Below are positions 9,168-17,110 of a stretch of 61,273 bases of DNA, piece by piece. The notes below the pieces were generated by a model. The model did no database searches. It saw only the letters and a list, made by a program, of their open reading frames with translations, and was not told the origin of the DNA. Source of the DNA: a virus (lineage: Duplodnaviria; Caudoviricetes); the IMG/VR virus record IMGVR_UViG_3300033145_000471, positions 1-61,273 of that record, one strand, 5' to 3'. The position numbers and the translations under genes are program-made. Every line of letters begins with the position of its first letter. Position 1 is the first letter of the stretch.

Positions 9168-10214
9168 ATGTTGAAAAAAAAGCGCGTTATTCTTATCGGT
9201 AAATCGGATTCATGGGAGAATGCGCCGAAATGCGGAAACTTCGACGTATGGGGCGTAAACGACCTGGTGACACATCGGGACGTGGACATGATTTTCGATA
9301 TGCATCAAATCGAAAAGCGATGGGACGCCACTATCGAAAATGATTTCATGAATAAACTTGTTGCGGTTCAGGGCGATGCAAAAGCGACAGAAATACTTCA
9401 TATCAAAATGGCGCTGCTGAAAACGGTAAGACGCGCGGAAGAACTTGGCATACAGCTTGTATCATTACAGGAACACCCGGATATCAGCAAAAACATCGTT
9501 GCGTATCCGTATAAGGAAATCGTTGACACATTCAGGACGGACTACTTCAGCAACACAATAGACTACATGCTCGCGTATGCGATTTGGGAAGGCTACACGC
9601 ATATCGACCTGTACGGCATTAACATGGCAATCGGCTCCGAAATGGAGTGGGAGAAGCCGGGGTGTGATTTCTGGACGGGCATGGCGCTCGGCCGCGGAAT
9701 CCGGGTGAACATCAAAAGTCACGTCAGTACCCTGATGAAGCCCGGACGCGGCGTGATATATGGATATGAAACAAAACCGTCTTTCGCGGAGGAAAGCAAC
9801 GTGGATGTCCAAGCGTTGAAGTTCAGTGTTATGGAGAGAGTTGTACTTACCAATATTATCCCGCCGCAGAAGGGCGATTACGAGAAAGTCAAATCAGTCA
9901 AAAAGCTGCGGGAAGAACTGGTATTTACGACCGAAGAGCGCGAAAAGCTCAATCTGCGACAGGGCGAAAGAGGAATGGTGTTGTGGGATGACGGCACGGA
10001 GTTTGAGAAGGAGATAGAGGTTAACGATTTCTCGCTTGGTGCCATCATCGAATCGCTCAAATGGGCATCCGACAAGGGCAATTTCGGCGAAGACCACATA
10101 CCCATCTACGAGCGGTTCGTCCATGACATCGGAGGAAGGCTCAAATACAACATCATCATATCCGAAAAAGACATACGGGCTTTCGACAAAAAGGAACGAA
10201 AATTTTTGAAATAG
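9168..10214 (+). CDS. Putative nonulosonate (sialyl/pseudaminyl) transferase, GT42/Maf-like N-terminal domain
   Basis: KRVILIGKSDS...FDVWGVND and YMLAYAIWEGYTHIDLYGIN resemble CstII/Maf motifs (VIIAGNGPS, A..LGY.EIYL.G.D). Confidence 0.55.
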   Translation: MLKKKRVILIGKSDSWENAPKCGNFDVWGVNDLVTHRDVDMIFDMHQIEKRWDATIENDFMNKLVAVQGDAKATEILHIKMALLKTVRRAEELGIQLVSLQEHPDISKNIVAYPYKEIVDTFRTDYFSNTIDYMLAYAIWEGYTHIDLYGINMAIGSEMEWEKPGCDFWTGMALGRGIRVNIKSHVSTLMKPGRGVIYGYETKPSFAEESNVDVQALKFSVMERVVLTNIIPPQKGDYEKVKSVKKLREELVFTTEEREKLNLRQGERGMVLWDDGTEFEKEIEVNDFSLGAIIESLKWASDKGNFGEDHIPIYERFVHDIGGRLKYNIIISEKDIRAFDKKERKFLK

Positions 10215-10232
10215 AGAACAGCGAGGTGAAAC

Positions 10233-10610
10233 ATGGCTGGAACGGTTGTACAGACACACCAGAAGTTTTCAACGGTGAAAAAGCTGACGTTTGATTGGGC
10301 ATCAAGCACAAGCGGCGCGGCAACTGCCAATACCACGGGTCTCATCACCGGCCTGATTAACAGGTATTTGTTTATACCTGATAGCGGCGGCACAGCGCCG
10401 ACGAGCAATTACGATGTTGTCGTGAATGATTCCGATAGCCAGGACGTTCTACAGGGCAAGGGTGCGAATCTATCAGCTTTGACCGCATCGGATATTGTCT
10501 GCGGAACGACAGGCAACCCCGCGCCAATTGCTGTGAGCGGGATATTGAGCCTGTCCGTCACGAACGCCGGAAACGCCAAGGGCGGCAAGGTCATACTCTA
10601 TTACAGGTAG
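10233..10610 (+). CDS. Putative virion structural protein, Ser/Thr-rich
   Basis: GAGG RBS; position before the connector; beta-rich. Confidence 0.55.
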   Translation: MAGTVVQTHQKFSTVKKLTFDWASSTSGAATANTTGLITGLINRYLFIPDSGGTAPTSNYDVVVNDSDSQDVLQGKGANLSALTASDIVCGTTGNPAPIAVSGILSLSVTNAGNAKGGKVILYYR

Positions 10611-11576
10611 ATGCCGATGAAAATAAAACAGAATACAGCCGCGACAATCGAGCCGGTAACGCTTGCCGAAGTCAAGACGCACCTGCGGCTCGACTCGACG
10701 AGTTTTGCGGATAATATTACAACATATCAGTCGATTGTGCCCGGCGATCATGCGATTGCGGCATCCTACAGCCTGACGGGGTCATCTGTCGATGTGTCGG
10801 GCAACAAGGCAGTCGTGATATTCGACGCCGGAGCGTGCGGCTCCAGCGGCACCGTCGATGTCAAGATACAAGAGTCCGAAGACGACAGCACATGGTCTGA
10901 CTGGGCGGGCGGTGCGTTTACCCAGGTGACGGAATCGAATGACAACGCCGTGCAGGAAAAGGAATACACCGGTACCTATCAGTATATTCGCGTCGTCGCC
11001 ACAGTCGCCACTGCAACATGCGACTTCGGGGTAAGCGTCAACCGTTACGAGTTTACCGCCATCGAGGACACGTACCTGAACAGCCTGATCCCGGCGGTGA
11101 CGAAGCACATCGAACTGAACGTCCTTGGCGGCGTGTCCCTGCTACAGCAGACATGGGAACTGTATCTGGACAAATGGCCCGACGAGGATTATATCGAACT
11201 TCCGCGACCGCCGCTGCAGAGCGTGACGAGCATCACATATACAGAGAGCGGGGACAGCTCGACATACGGCAACACGTTCAGCTCCAGCTACTATACAGTG
11301 GATACGGTATCATGGCCGGGACGCATCGTCCTGAACGACGGCGATTCATGGCCGACGGGAACGCTGGAAACGAATAACCCCATTAAGGTCATATTCCCCG
11401 CGGGATACGGTGACGCTCGTGCGGATGTGCCAGGCCCCATCAAGCAATGCCACCTGATGTACTGCGATGATTATTACAATAATCGCGGCGTCCACGAGGA
11501 AGTGAAGTTCGGCGACATAAAACGGCTTCCCGCCGCCGATCACCTGGTCGCGTCATATTGCATGTTTGGATTTTAA
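10611..11576 (+). CDS. Head-tail connector (gp6-like) with an inserted beta-sandwich domain
   Basis: EPVTLAEVKTHLRLD...LPRPPLQSVTSITY...VPGPIKQ...YNNR. Confidence 0.85.
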   Translation: MPMKIKQNTAATIEPVTLAEVKTHLRLDSTSFADNITTYQSIVPGDHAIAASYSLTGSSVDVSGNKAVVIFDAGACGSSGTVDVKIQESEDDSTWSDWAGGAFTQVTESNDNAVQEKEYTGTYQYIRVVATVATATCDFGVSVNRYEFTAIEDTYLNSLIPAVTKHIELNVLGGVSLLQQTWELYLDKWPDEDYIELPRPPLQSVTSITYTESGDSSTYGNTFSSSYYTVDTVSWPGRIVLNDGDSWPTGTLETNNPIKVIFPAGYGDARADVPGPIKQCHLMYCDDYYNNRGVHEEVKFGDIKRLPAADHLVASYCMFGF

Positions 11577-11579
11577 CGG

Positions 11580-11906
11580 ATGAGAACGGGCAGACTCAAT
11601 AAGCAGGTAACGATACAATACAAAACCGTCACGCGGGCGGCCCCCGGTGACGAAAGCATCACGTGGAATGACGAGGATACCGTTTGGGGCAACTACCGGC
11701 CTCTGCGCGGGAAGGAATATTTCGCGGCGATGCAGACGCAGTCGGAAGTGACGGGTACTTGGACAATCCGCTACCGGCGCGGATTGACAGCGGCCAAGCA
11801 ACTGAAATACGACAACCGCATTTTCGAGATCGTCGCGGTCATTGACATTGACGAACAGCACCGGTTTCTGGAAATCGTCACGAAAGAGAAGTCATCCGAT
11901 GAATGA
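11580..11906 (+). CDS. Head closure / head-tail adaptor
   Basis: MRTGRLNKQVTIQ...PLRGKEYF...IRYR. Confidence 0.88.
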   Translation: MRTGRLNKQVTIQYKTVTRAAPGDESITWNDEDTVWGNYRPLRGKEYFAAMQTQSEVTGTWTIRYRRGLTAAKQLKYDNRIFEIVAVIDIDEQHRFLEIVTKEKSSDE

Positions 11907-12288
11907 AGTGCATGGGCTTGACGAACTGAACAGGAAATTTGAAATGCTTGCCAAAGTCGGTGAGGACAAGGGCGTCAGGGAGGGCGTACAGGGAATTGCC
12001 GAGGAAATGCGCGACGACATGCGGTCGAGAGTGCGGGTAAAGACCGGTCACCTGCGCGACGGTATTGTAGCGAAACCATTTCGCAAAACCGGCGAAAGCC
12101 TTTCGTTTGTTGCTATTCATTACGGCGTTGCACCGCACGCCCATCTTGTCGAATACGGCCACGGCGGCAATCATCCCGCGCCGCCACACCCGTTTTTTCG
12201 ACCGGTTGTAGACCAATTTCAGGGAATTTATCCAGAGCGAATGAATGTATTGCTGAACAGGCAAATACAAAGATGGTGGAATAAATAA
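11899..12288 (+). CDS. HK97 gp10-family tail component
   Basis: GLDEL, VKTGHLR, AHLVEYG, PPHPFFRP. Confidence 0.88.
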   Translation: MNEVHGLDELNRKFEMLAKVGEDKGVREGVQGIAEEMRDDMRSRVRVKTGHLRDGIVAKPFRKTGESLSFVAIHYGVAPHAHLVEYGHGGNHPAPPHPFFRPVVDQFQGIYPERMNVLLNRQIQRWWNK

Positions 12289-12677
12289 TGGCTAATATTG
12301 ACGACGCGATCTACTCACTGTTGACGGACAATGCCAGCTTGGCGGCACACGTACAGGAGCGCATTTATCCGAACATCATACCCGACAAGAGGCGGATGCC
12401 CGCCGTAGCGATTTACATGATAAGCCAGCCGAAGATCAGAACGATGGGCGCGTGTTCCGGCAATCCTCAGCACCCAAGATTTCAGATTTCGTGCTGGGGG
12501 AAGACGAAAAACGACGTGTTGGCCGTGGCCGGGGACGTGATTGCCGCGCTTGAAGACTATTCGGGCACTGTCGCGTCGGTGGCGGTCAAGCGCATCTATT
12601 ACGACGACGCAACGGACGATTACGATCACGAAACCAAAAGATTTGTGAGGCACTTGGACTTCATAGTCTGGTATTAA
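12288..12677 (+). CDS. Tail completion/terminator protein (DUF3168-like)
   Basis: RIYP...PAV...RFQISCW; position. Confidence 0.8.
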   Translation: MANIDDAIYSLLTDNASLAAHVQERIYPNIIPDKRRMPAVAIYMISQPKIRTMGACSGNPQHPRFQISCWGKTKNDVLAVAGDVIAALEDYSGTVASVAVKRIYYDDATDDYDHETKRFVRHLDFIVWY

Positions 12678-12691
12678 CCGCAACAGCCTTT

Positions 12692-12732
12692 GAGCGGTTC
12701 GACCGCCATATAGATAGAGCTATTCAATAGCC
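12692..12732 (+). promoter_or_regulatory. Tandem 16-nt RNA hairpin motif (putative Com boxes), pair 2
   Basis: GA-GCGG-TTCGA-CCGC-C (12692-12707) and GA-GCTA-TTCAA-TAGC-C (12717-12732). Confidence 0.75.
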
Positions 12733-12765
12733 GACTTTACCGCATTACGCGGGGGTCGGCTTTTT
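12729..12765 (+). terminator. Intrinsic terminator overlapping the second hairpin
   Basis: AGCCGACTT...GGGTCGGCT stem followed by TTTT. Confidence 0.75.
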
Positions 12766-12782
12766 GCTTACGGGGTGACGAC

Positions 12783-13514
12783 ATGGCAAAAGAAGTTTTA
12801 ACCAGTGTAAAGATTCTATACCAGCAATACGACCTGACAGGCGATCTGAACCAGGCGACGCTTCGGCTGCTGAAAGACGCGAAGGACTCCACGGTATTCA
12901 ACAGTTCGTCGATAGCCCGGCTTTCGGGTATGCGGGCGGTGGAGGCCACATTCGCGGGCTTTGCCGAGCATGACACCGGAAAGGTGAGCAAGGTCATTTA
13001 CGATGATCTCGGCACGGCGGACAGAATATTCACGTTTTGCCCGACCGGTTACGCGACAGGGGACTACGTGTACAGCACCAAAGCGGCGCATTTCCGCTAC
13101 GAGGAGGGCATGGAGGTCGGCGAGATGTATACGTTCGGCGGCGCGATGCTTTCCGGCGGTACGGCCATCGTTCGCGGGCGTGTAGCCGCAACCGGCGCGA
13201 AAACAGCATCGGGCGACGGCACAGCTTATGAACTCGGCGCCCTGACCTCAGGCAAAACGCTTTACGCCGCGGTGCACTGCACGGCGGTAAGCGGTTCAGG
13301 CCCGCCGACCTGCGACATCAAAATCCAGTCCGACGACGCCAGCGGTTTCGCAACGCCGACAGACCGCATCACGTTTTCAACTATTACGAATTCGGCGACC
13401 GCCGAATGGAGCACGTACACCACAACAACGGCAGAAACCTGGTGGCGCGCGACGTGGACGATTGCGGGCACCGTCCCAAGCTACACAATCTATGTCATCA
13501 TGGCAATACAATGA
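12783..13514 (+). CDS. Tail tube-like protein with an extra C-terminal beta-sandwich domain
   Basis: N-terminal half is paralogous to the next ORF (MAK.VL...DL...ARLSG). Confidence 0.6.
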   Translation: MAKEVLTSVKILYQQYDLTGDLNQATLRLLKDAKDSTVFNSSSIARLSGMRAVEATFAGFAEHDTGKVSKVIYDDLGTADRIFTFCPTGYATGDYVYSTKAAHFRYEEGMEVGEMYTFGGAMLSGGTAIVRGRVAATGAKTASGDGTAYELGALTSGKTLYAAVHCTAVSGSGPPTCDIKIQSDDASGFATPTDRITFSTITNSATAEWSTYTTTTAETWWRATWTIAGTVPSYTIYVIMAIQ

Positions 13515-13548
13515 TGGCCGAAAAAACGAATAAACGGAGGTAATGATA

Positions 13549-13965
13549 ATGGCTAAAGACGTTCTTGACAACTGTTACGTTTCGGTCGATTCGGTCGATT
13601 TGAGCGATCATGTGCGGAGCATAACGCTCCCGCTCACCCGCGCCGAAATAGACAAGACCTGTATGACGGATGATTCCGTTGCCCGTCTCTCGGGCCTGAA
13701 GGACGCATCCGTCACGATCACGTGGACGCAGGATTTTGCAGCAAGCAAGGTCGATGCGACGATGTGGGACGTGTACGACACCGACGGCGGCGCAACCACC
13801 ATCGTTGTCCGCCCTACAACGGCGGCTGTCGGCTCGACAAACCCGTCTTATACACTCACAGCCGTACTCACGGAATACACGGCATTAAACGGTAGCGCCG
13901 GTGATTTGTCAGAAGCCACTACGACGTTTTTGGGCAACGGCGACATCGCACGCGCTACAACATAA
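13549..13965 (+). CDS. Major tail tube protein
   Basis: VDLSDHVRSITL...ARLSGLKDASVT...NPSYT; precedes the chaperones. Confidence 0.75.
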   Translation: MAKDVLDNCYVSVDSVDLSDHVRSITLPLTRAEIDKTCMTDDSVARLSGLKDASVTITWTQDFAASKVDATMWDVYDTDGGATTIVVRPTTAAVGSTNPSYTLTAVLTEYTALNGSAGDLSEATTTFLGNGDIARATT

Positions 13966-13991
13966 CAAAAACCCCTGACACGAGGTAACGC

Positions 13992-14348
13992 ATGGGCGAT
14001 CTCAGAGAACAAATTCTTTCCGCGAAAGACATCGACGAAAAGACCATCCGGATACCGCAATGGAAGGCGAAGGTGCTCGTTAAGGGCATGAGCGCAAAAC
14101 AGCGGTACAGGCTGTTTCAGGTGTGCACCAAGTCGGACGACGACGAAGTGGACGTGGAGAAGATGGCGATCTACACGGTCATCTACTGTGCCCACGATCC
14201 CGCCAGCGGCAAGCCGATCTTCATTGAGGACGACTACGACGCACTTTCCGCCAAGTCCGGCGGTGCGATCGACACCATTACGGCACTTGCCAACGAATTG
14301 AGCGGTGTCACCGAAGCGGCGGTCAAGGCAGCGGAAAAAAACTCCTAA
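13992..14348 (+). CDS. Tail assembly chaperone (gpG-like)
   Basis: LREQIL...IPQW..KVLVKGMSA; ends in slippery A AAA AAC. Confidence 0.85.
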   Translation: MGDLREQILSAKDIDEKTIRIPQWKAKVLVKGMSAKQRYRLFQVCTKSDDDEVDVEKMAIYTVIYCAHDPASGKPIFIEDDYDALSAKSGGAIDTITALANELSGVTEAAVKAAEKNS

Positions 14349-14542
14349 AGGGGCACCCCGAGCTGTACTTCGTTATGAATCTTGCGGAGCACTTCCACGA
14401 GGTGTCCATTGATTCGATGCTCGATAAATTGTCGAGCAGGGATTTGACCTACTGGCGGGCGTATTTCAAGGTCAAGGAAGTTTTGCGGAAGCAGGAAACA
14501 GAGCCACAAAAGATGTTGAACGACATGAAAGGCAGTAGATGA
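14336..14542 (+). CDS. -1 frameshift extension of the tail chaperone (gpGT-like)
   Basis: Slippery AAAAAAC at 14336-14342; -1 frame open (LLKGHPELYF...LTYWRAYF) to a TGA overlapping the TMP ATG. Confidence 0.8.
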   Translation, partial: KKLLKGHPELYFVMNLAEHFHEVSIDSMLDKLSSRDLTYWRAYFKVKEVLRKQETEPQKMLNDMKGSR

Positions 14543-16695
14543 AACCGCTACTTGTAAGGCTTGGGCTTGACAATATGCAGTATATGCGCAAGCTCAAACG
14601 AACGCAACGAGAAACAAACCGGGCGTTACGAAATGTCCAGCGTAGGGCCGACGCGATCAATTTCAAAAAAGCGGCGATCACCTTGGCGGCTTTCGGTACT
14701 GCTGTGACCTATACGTCCCTGAAGCTGGTAAAAATTGCGTCCGATGCCGAAGAGACGAACTCCAAGTTTAACACGGTTTTTCGCGACCTTTCTAAAACAG
14801 CCAATACTTGGGCCACCGACTTCGGTGATAGCGTGGGTCGTGCGCACCAAGATGTCAAAAAGTGGATGGCGGGGCTTCAGGACACGTTCGTACCCCTCGG
14901 CTTTGCGCGTGATAGATCGTTAGAACTGGCCCAATCATTGACTAAACTGGCGGTGGACGTGGCGTCATTCAATAACGCCGCCGACGCCGATGTCATACGT
15001 GATTTTACGAGTGCGCTTGTCGGCAATCATGAGACGGTGCGAAAGTACGGTATTATAATCTCTGAAAACACCATTAAACAGGAGGCGTTACAGCAGGGGA
15101 TACGAAAGAGCTATCAAAACCTGACAGACCTTGAAAAAGTCCAGATGCGCTACAACATCATACTGAATGGCACAAGTGACGCCCAGGGCGACGCCTTACG
15201 CACGGCGGACTCTTACGCGAATCAGGTTAAACGCATGAAGGCCAACATGACAAACCTTGCCAAATCTATCGGCAACGAATTGCTCCCGACATTTACGGAC
15301 ATAGTTAAACAGACAAACGAGTGGATAAAAGCCAACAAAGACCTTGTTCAAACCAAGTCGGCGGAGTGGATAGAAACGGTGCGGGCGTCCCTCGTTTCGC
15401 TTATCAATTTCACCAAAGAGAACCAGTCTTCCATTATTGAGACGATGAAATGGGTGGCTGGGATATATGTTGCCGCCAAAGTGATTTCCTTTACCGTGAA
15501 AATCGCTGCTCTTGTCAAGGCGTTGGCCGCGCTTGTGGCGGTAGCCGCAAGTCCGATCGGGCTTGGTATATTTACTGCCTTGGCGGTTGGCGGCGGTGTT
15601 GTCGCCGGTGTTGCAAAACTACGAGAACACCTTGAACGAATTGAAAGCCTGAAATTTGACAATGTCAGGGAATTAAAAGAAAATACCGAACTTAACATAC
15701 AACAGAAAAATCTCAACGACTTTCGGGATAGACTTGTTGAGCTTCAGGGCGAAGGCAAAACTCTTGCCGAAGTAGTTGCAAATCTCAATGAGAATTTCGG
15801 CGACGCAACCGCAATAAAGAATTACGGCGTATCGCTTGCCGAGCTAAACAGAATAGCCCACAGAATATACCGGAACATTGAGTTGAAAACCCCGCTGGAG
15901 CCAGCAACAAAAGCCGCTATTCAACAGGAAAGAAGTTCATATACAACCGGCCTGACACTCGGCGGTCGCATGTCAGATGCGCAGAAAATGCTCCACGGCC
16001 CGGCATATGACCCCCGCGCGCCGCTCGAAATGAAAACATCTATTTTTGCCGCAAAGTCATCGGAGCTATTGTCCGAATCACGCAAAAACTTGCAAAGCGC
16101 GAAAGACTATTTGGAGAAGGCGGTTGATAATAGCTTTGACCATATGACCCGCCGCGCCCAAGAGTTTGGCGCTTTCTGGGGGTCATGGCTATTCAATATC
16201 GCGTCCGACGCCGATGTGTCCTTTGACTCCATCCTCAATTCGTTCTACCGCATGATGGCGAACATGGCTACCCAGGCGGCGGCCACATCCCTGTTCAGCA
16301 TGATTATTCCGGGCGGGCAGACTATCGGCTTCTTCGATGCGCTCAAATCCATTCTGCCCGGCTTTGCGGAAGGTGGCATGGTCAACAGGCCGACTCTCGC
16401 GATGGTGGGTGAAAAGGGGCCGGAGCGCATTTTGAGTCCCGAAGAGACGAAGCGGTACAACCTCATCCCGGCCTTTGCTAGTCCCTTATCGCTCGCCAAA
16501 CCGTCACTTGCGATGGTGGGCGAAACACGGCAGTATAACAGCACAAGCAATGACGATCATTCATCCATCTCCGTCACTTTCGGCGGCGACACGGGCAGGG
16601 GTCTGTTCAGCAACCGGTATGCGTTTGCAAAGGCACTGAAAGAGATGATCCGCACAGACCAATATGGCATCAAAACCGCATTAAAGAGCGCGTAA
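14539..16695 (+). CDS. Tape measure protein
   Basis: Long helical Ala/Lys-rich protein after the chaperones; FAEGG..AMVGEKGPE C-terminal motif. Confidence 0.9.
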   Translation: MKPLLVRLGLDNMQYMRKLKRTQRETNRALRNVQRRADAINFKKAAITLAAFGTAVTYTSLKLVKIASDAEETNSKFNTVFRDLSKTANTWATDFGDSVGRAHQDVKKWMAGLQDTFVPLGFARDRSLELAQSLTKLAVDVASFNNAADADVIRDFTSALVGNHETVRKYGIIISENTIKQEALQQGIRKSYQNLTDLEKVQMRYNIILNGTSDAQGDALRTADSYANQVKRMKANMTNLAKSIGNELLPTFTDIVKQTNEWIKANKDLVQTKSAEWIETVRASLVSLINFTKENQSSIIETMKWVAGIYVAAKVISFTVKIAALVKALAALVAVAASPIGLGIFTALAVGGGVVAGVAKLREHLERIESLKFDNVRELKENTELNIQQKNLNDFRDRLVELQGEGKTLAEVVANLNENFGDATAIKNYGVSLAELNRIAHRIYRNIELKTPLEPATKAAIQQERSSYTTGLTLGGRMSDAQKMLHGPAYDPRAPLEMKTSIFAAKSSELLSESRKNLQSAKDYLEKAVDNSFDHMTRRAQEFGAFWGSWLFNIASDADVSFDSILNSFYRMMANMATQAAATSLFSMIIPGGQTIGFFDALKSILPGFAEGGMVNRPTLAMVGEKGPERILSPEETKRYNLIPAFASPLSLAKPSLAMVGETRQYNSTSNDDHSSISVTFGGDTGRGLFSNRYAFAKALKEMIRTDQYGIKTALKSA

Positions 16696-16696
16696 A

Positions 16697-17110
16697 ATGG
16701 CCGAATACTTTTACTATCCGAACACGACGGGCGCGACGAAAACGCTGACTTTTGAATCGGGCGCCGGTACGAACGGTCATCTACAGACCGACGGTGAGAC
16801 GATCATCAAAAACCAGATACAGGACGTGACTATCGGCGGCGTGCGTATGGCAAAGAACCTCGGCGACGACTTGCACCAATGGGAGTACACGGTCATCGTA
16901 CCGGCGTCAAGCACTTCGTATACCGATCAGGCCGACATCGAGAGCTTCATCGGGTCGTCGTATGCAAACGGAGCCGTGAGCGCGTTTCACTGGGTGGATT
17001 CCGGGGGCACGACGCGAACGGTGAGCATGATAAATAATTCGTTCAGCTTTCAGAGAATCAGCGGCGATAAAGTCAAAGTGACATTTCTCCTTGAACAAGA
17101 AAATACCTGA
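16697..17110 (+). CDS. Distal tail protein (Dit-like)
   Basis: Position right after the TMP; size. Confidence 0.6.
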   Translation: MAEYFYYPNTTGATKTLTFESGAGTNGHLQTDGETIIKNQIQDVTIGGVRMAKNLGDDLHQWEYTVIVPASSTSYTDQADIESFIGSSYANGAVSAFHWVDSGGTTRTVSMINNSFSFQRISGDKVKVTFLLEQENT

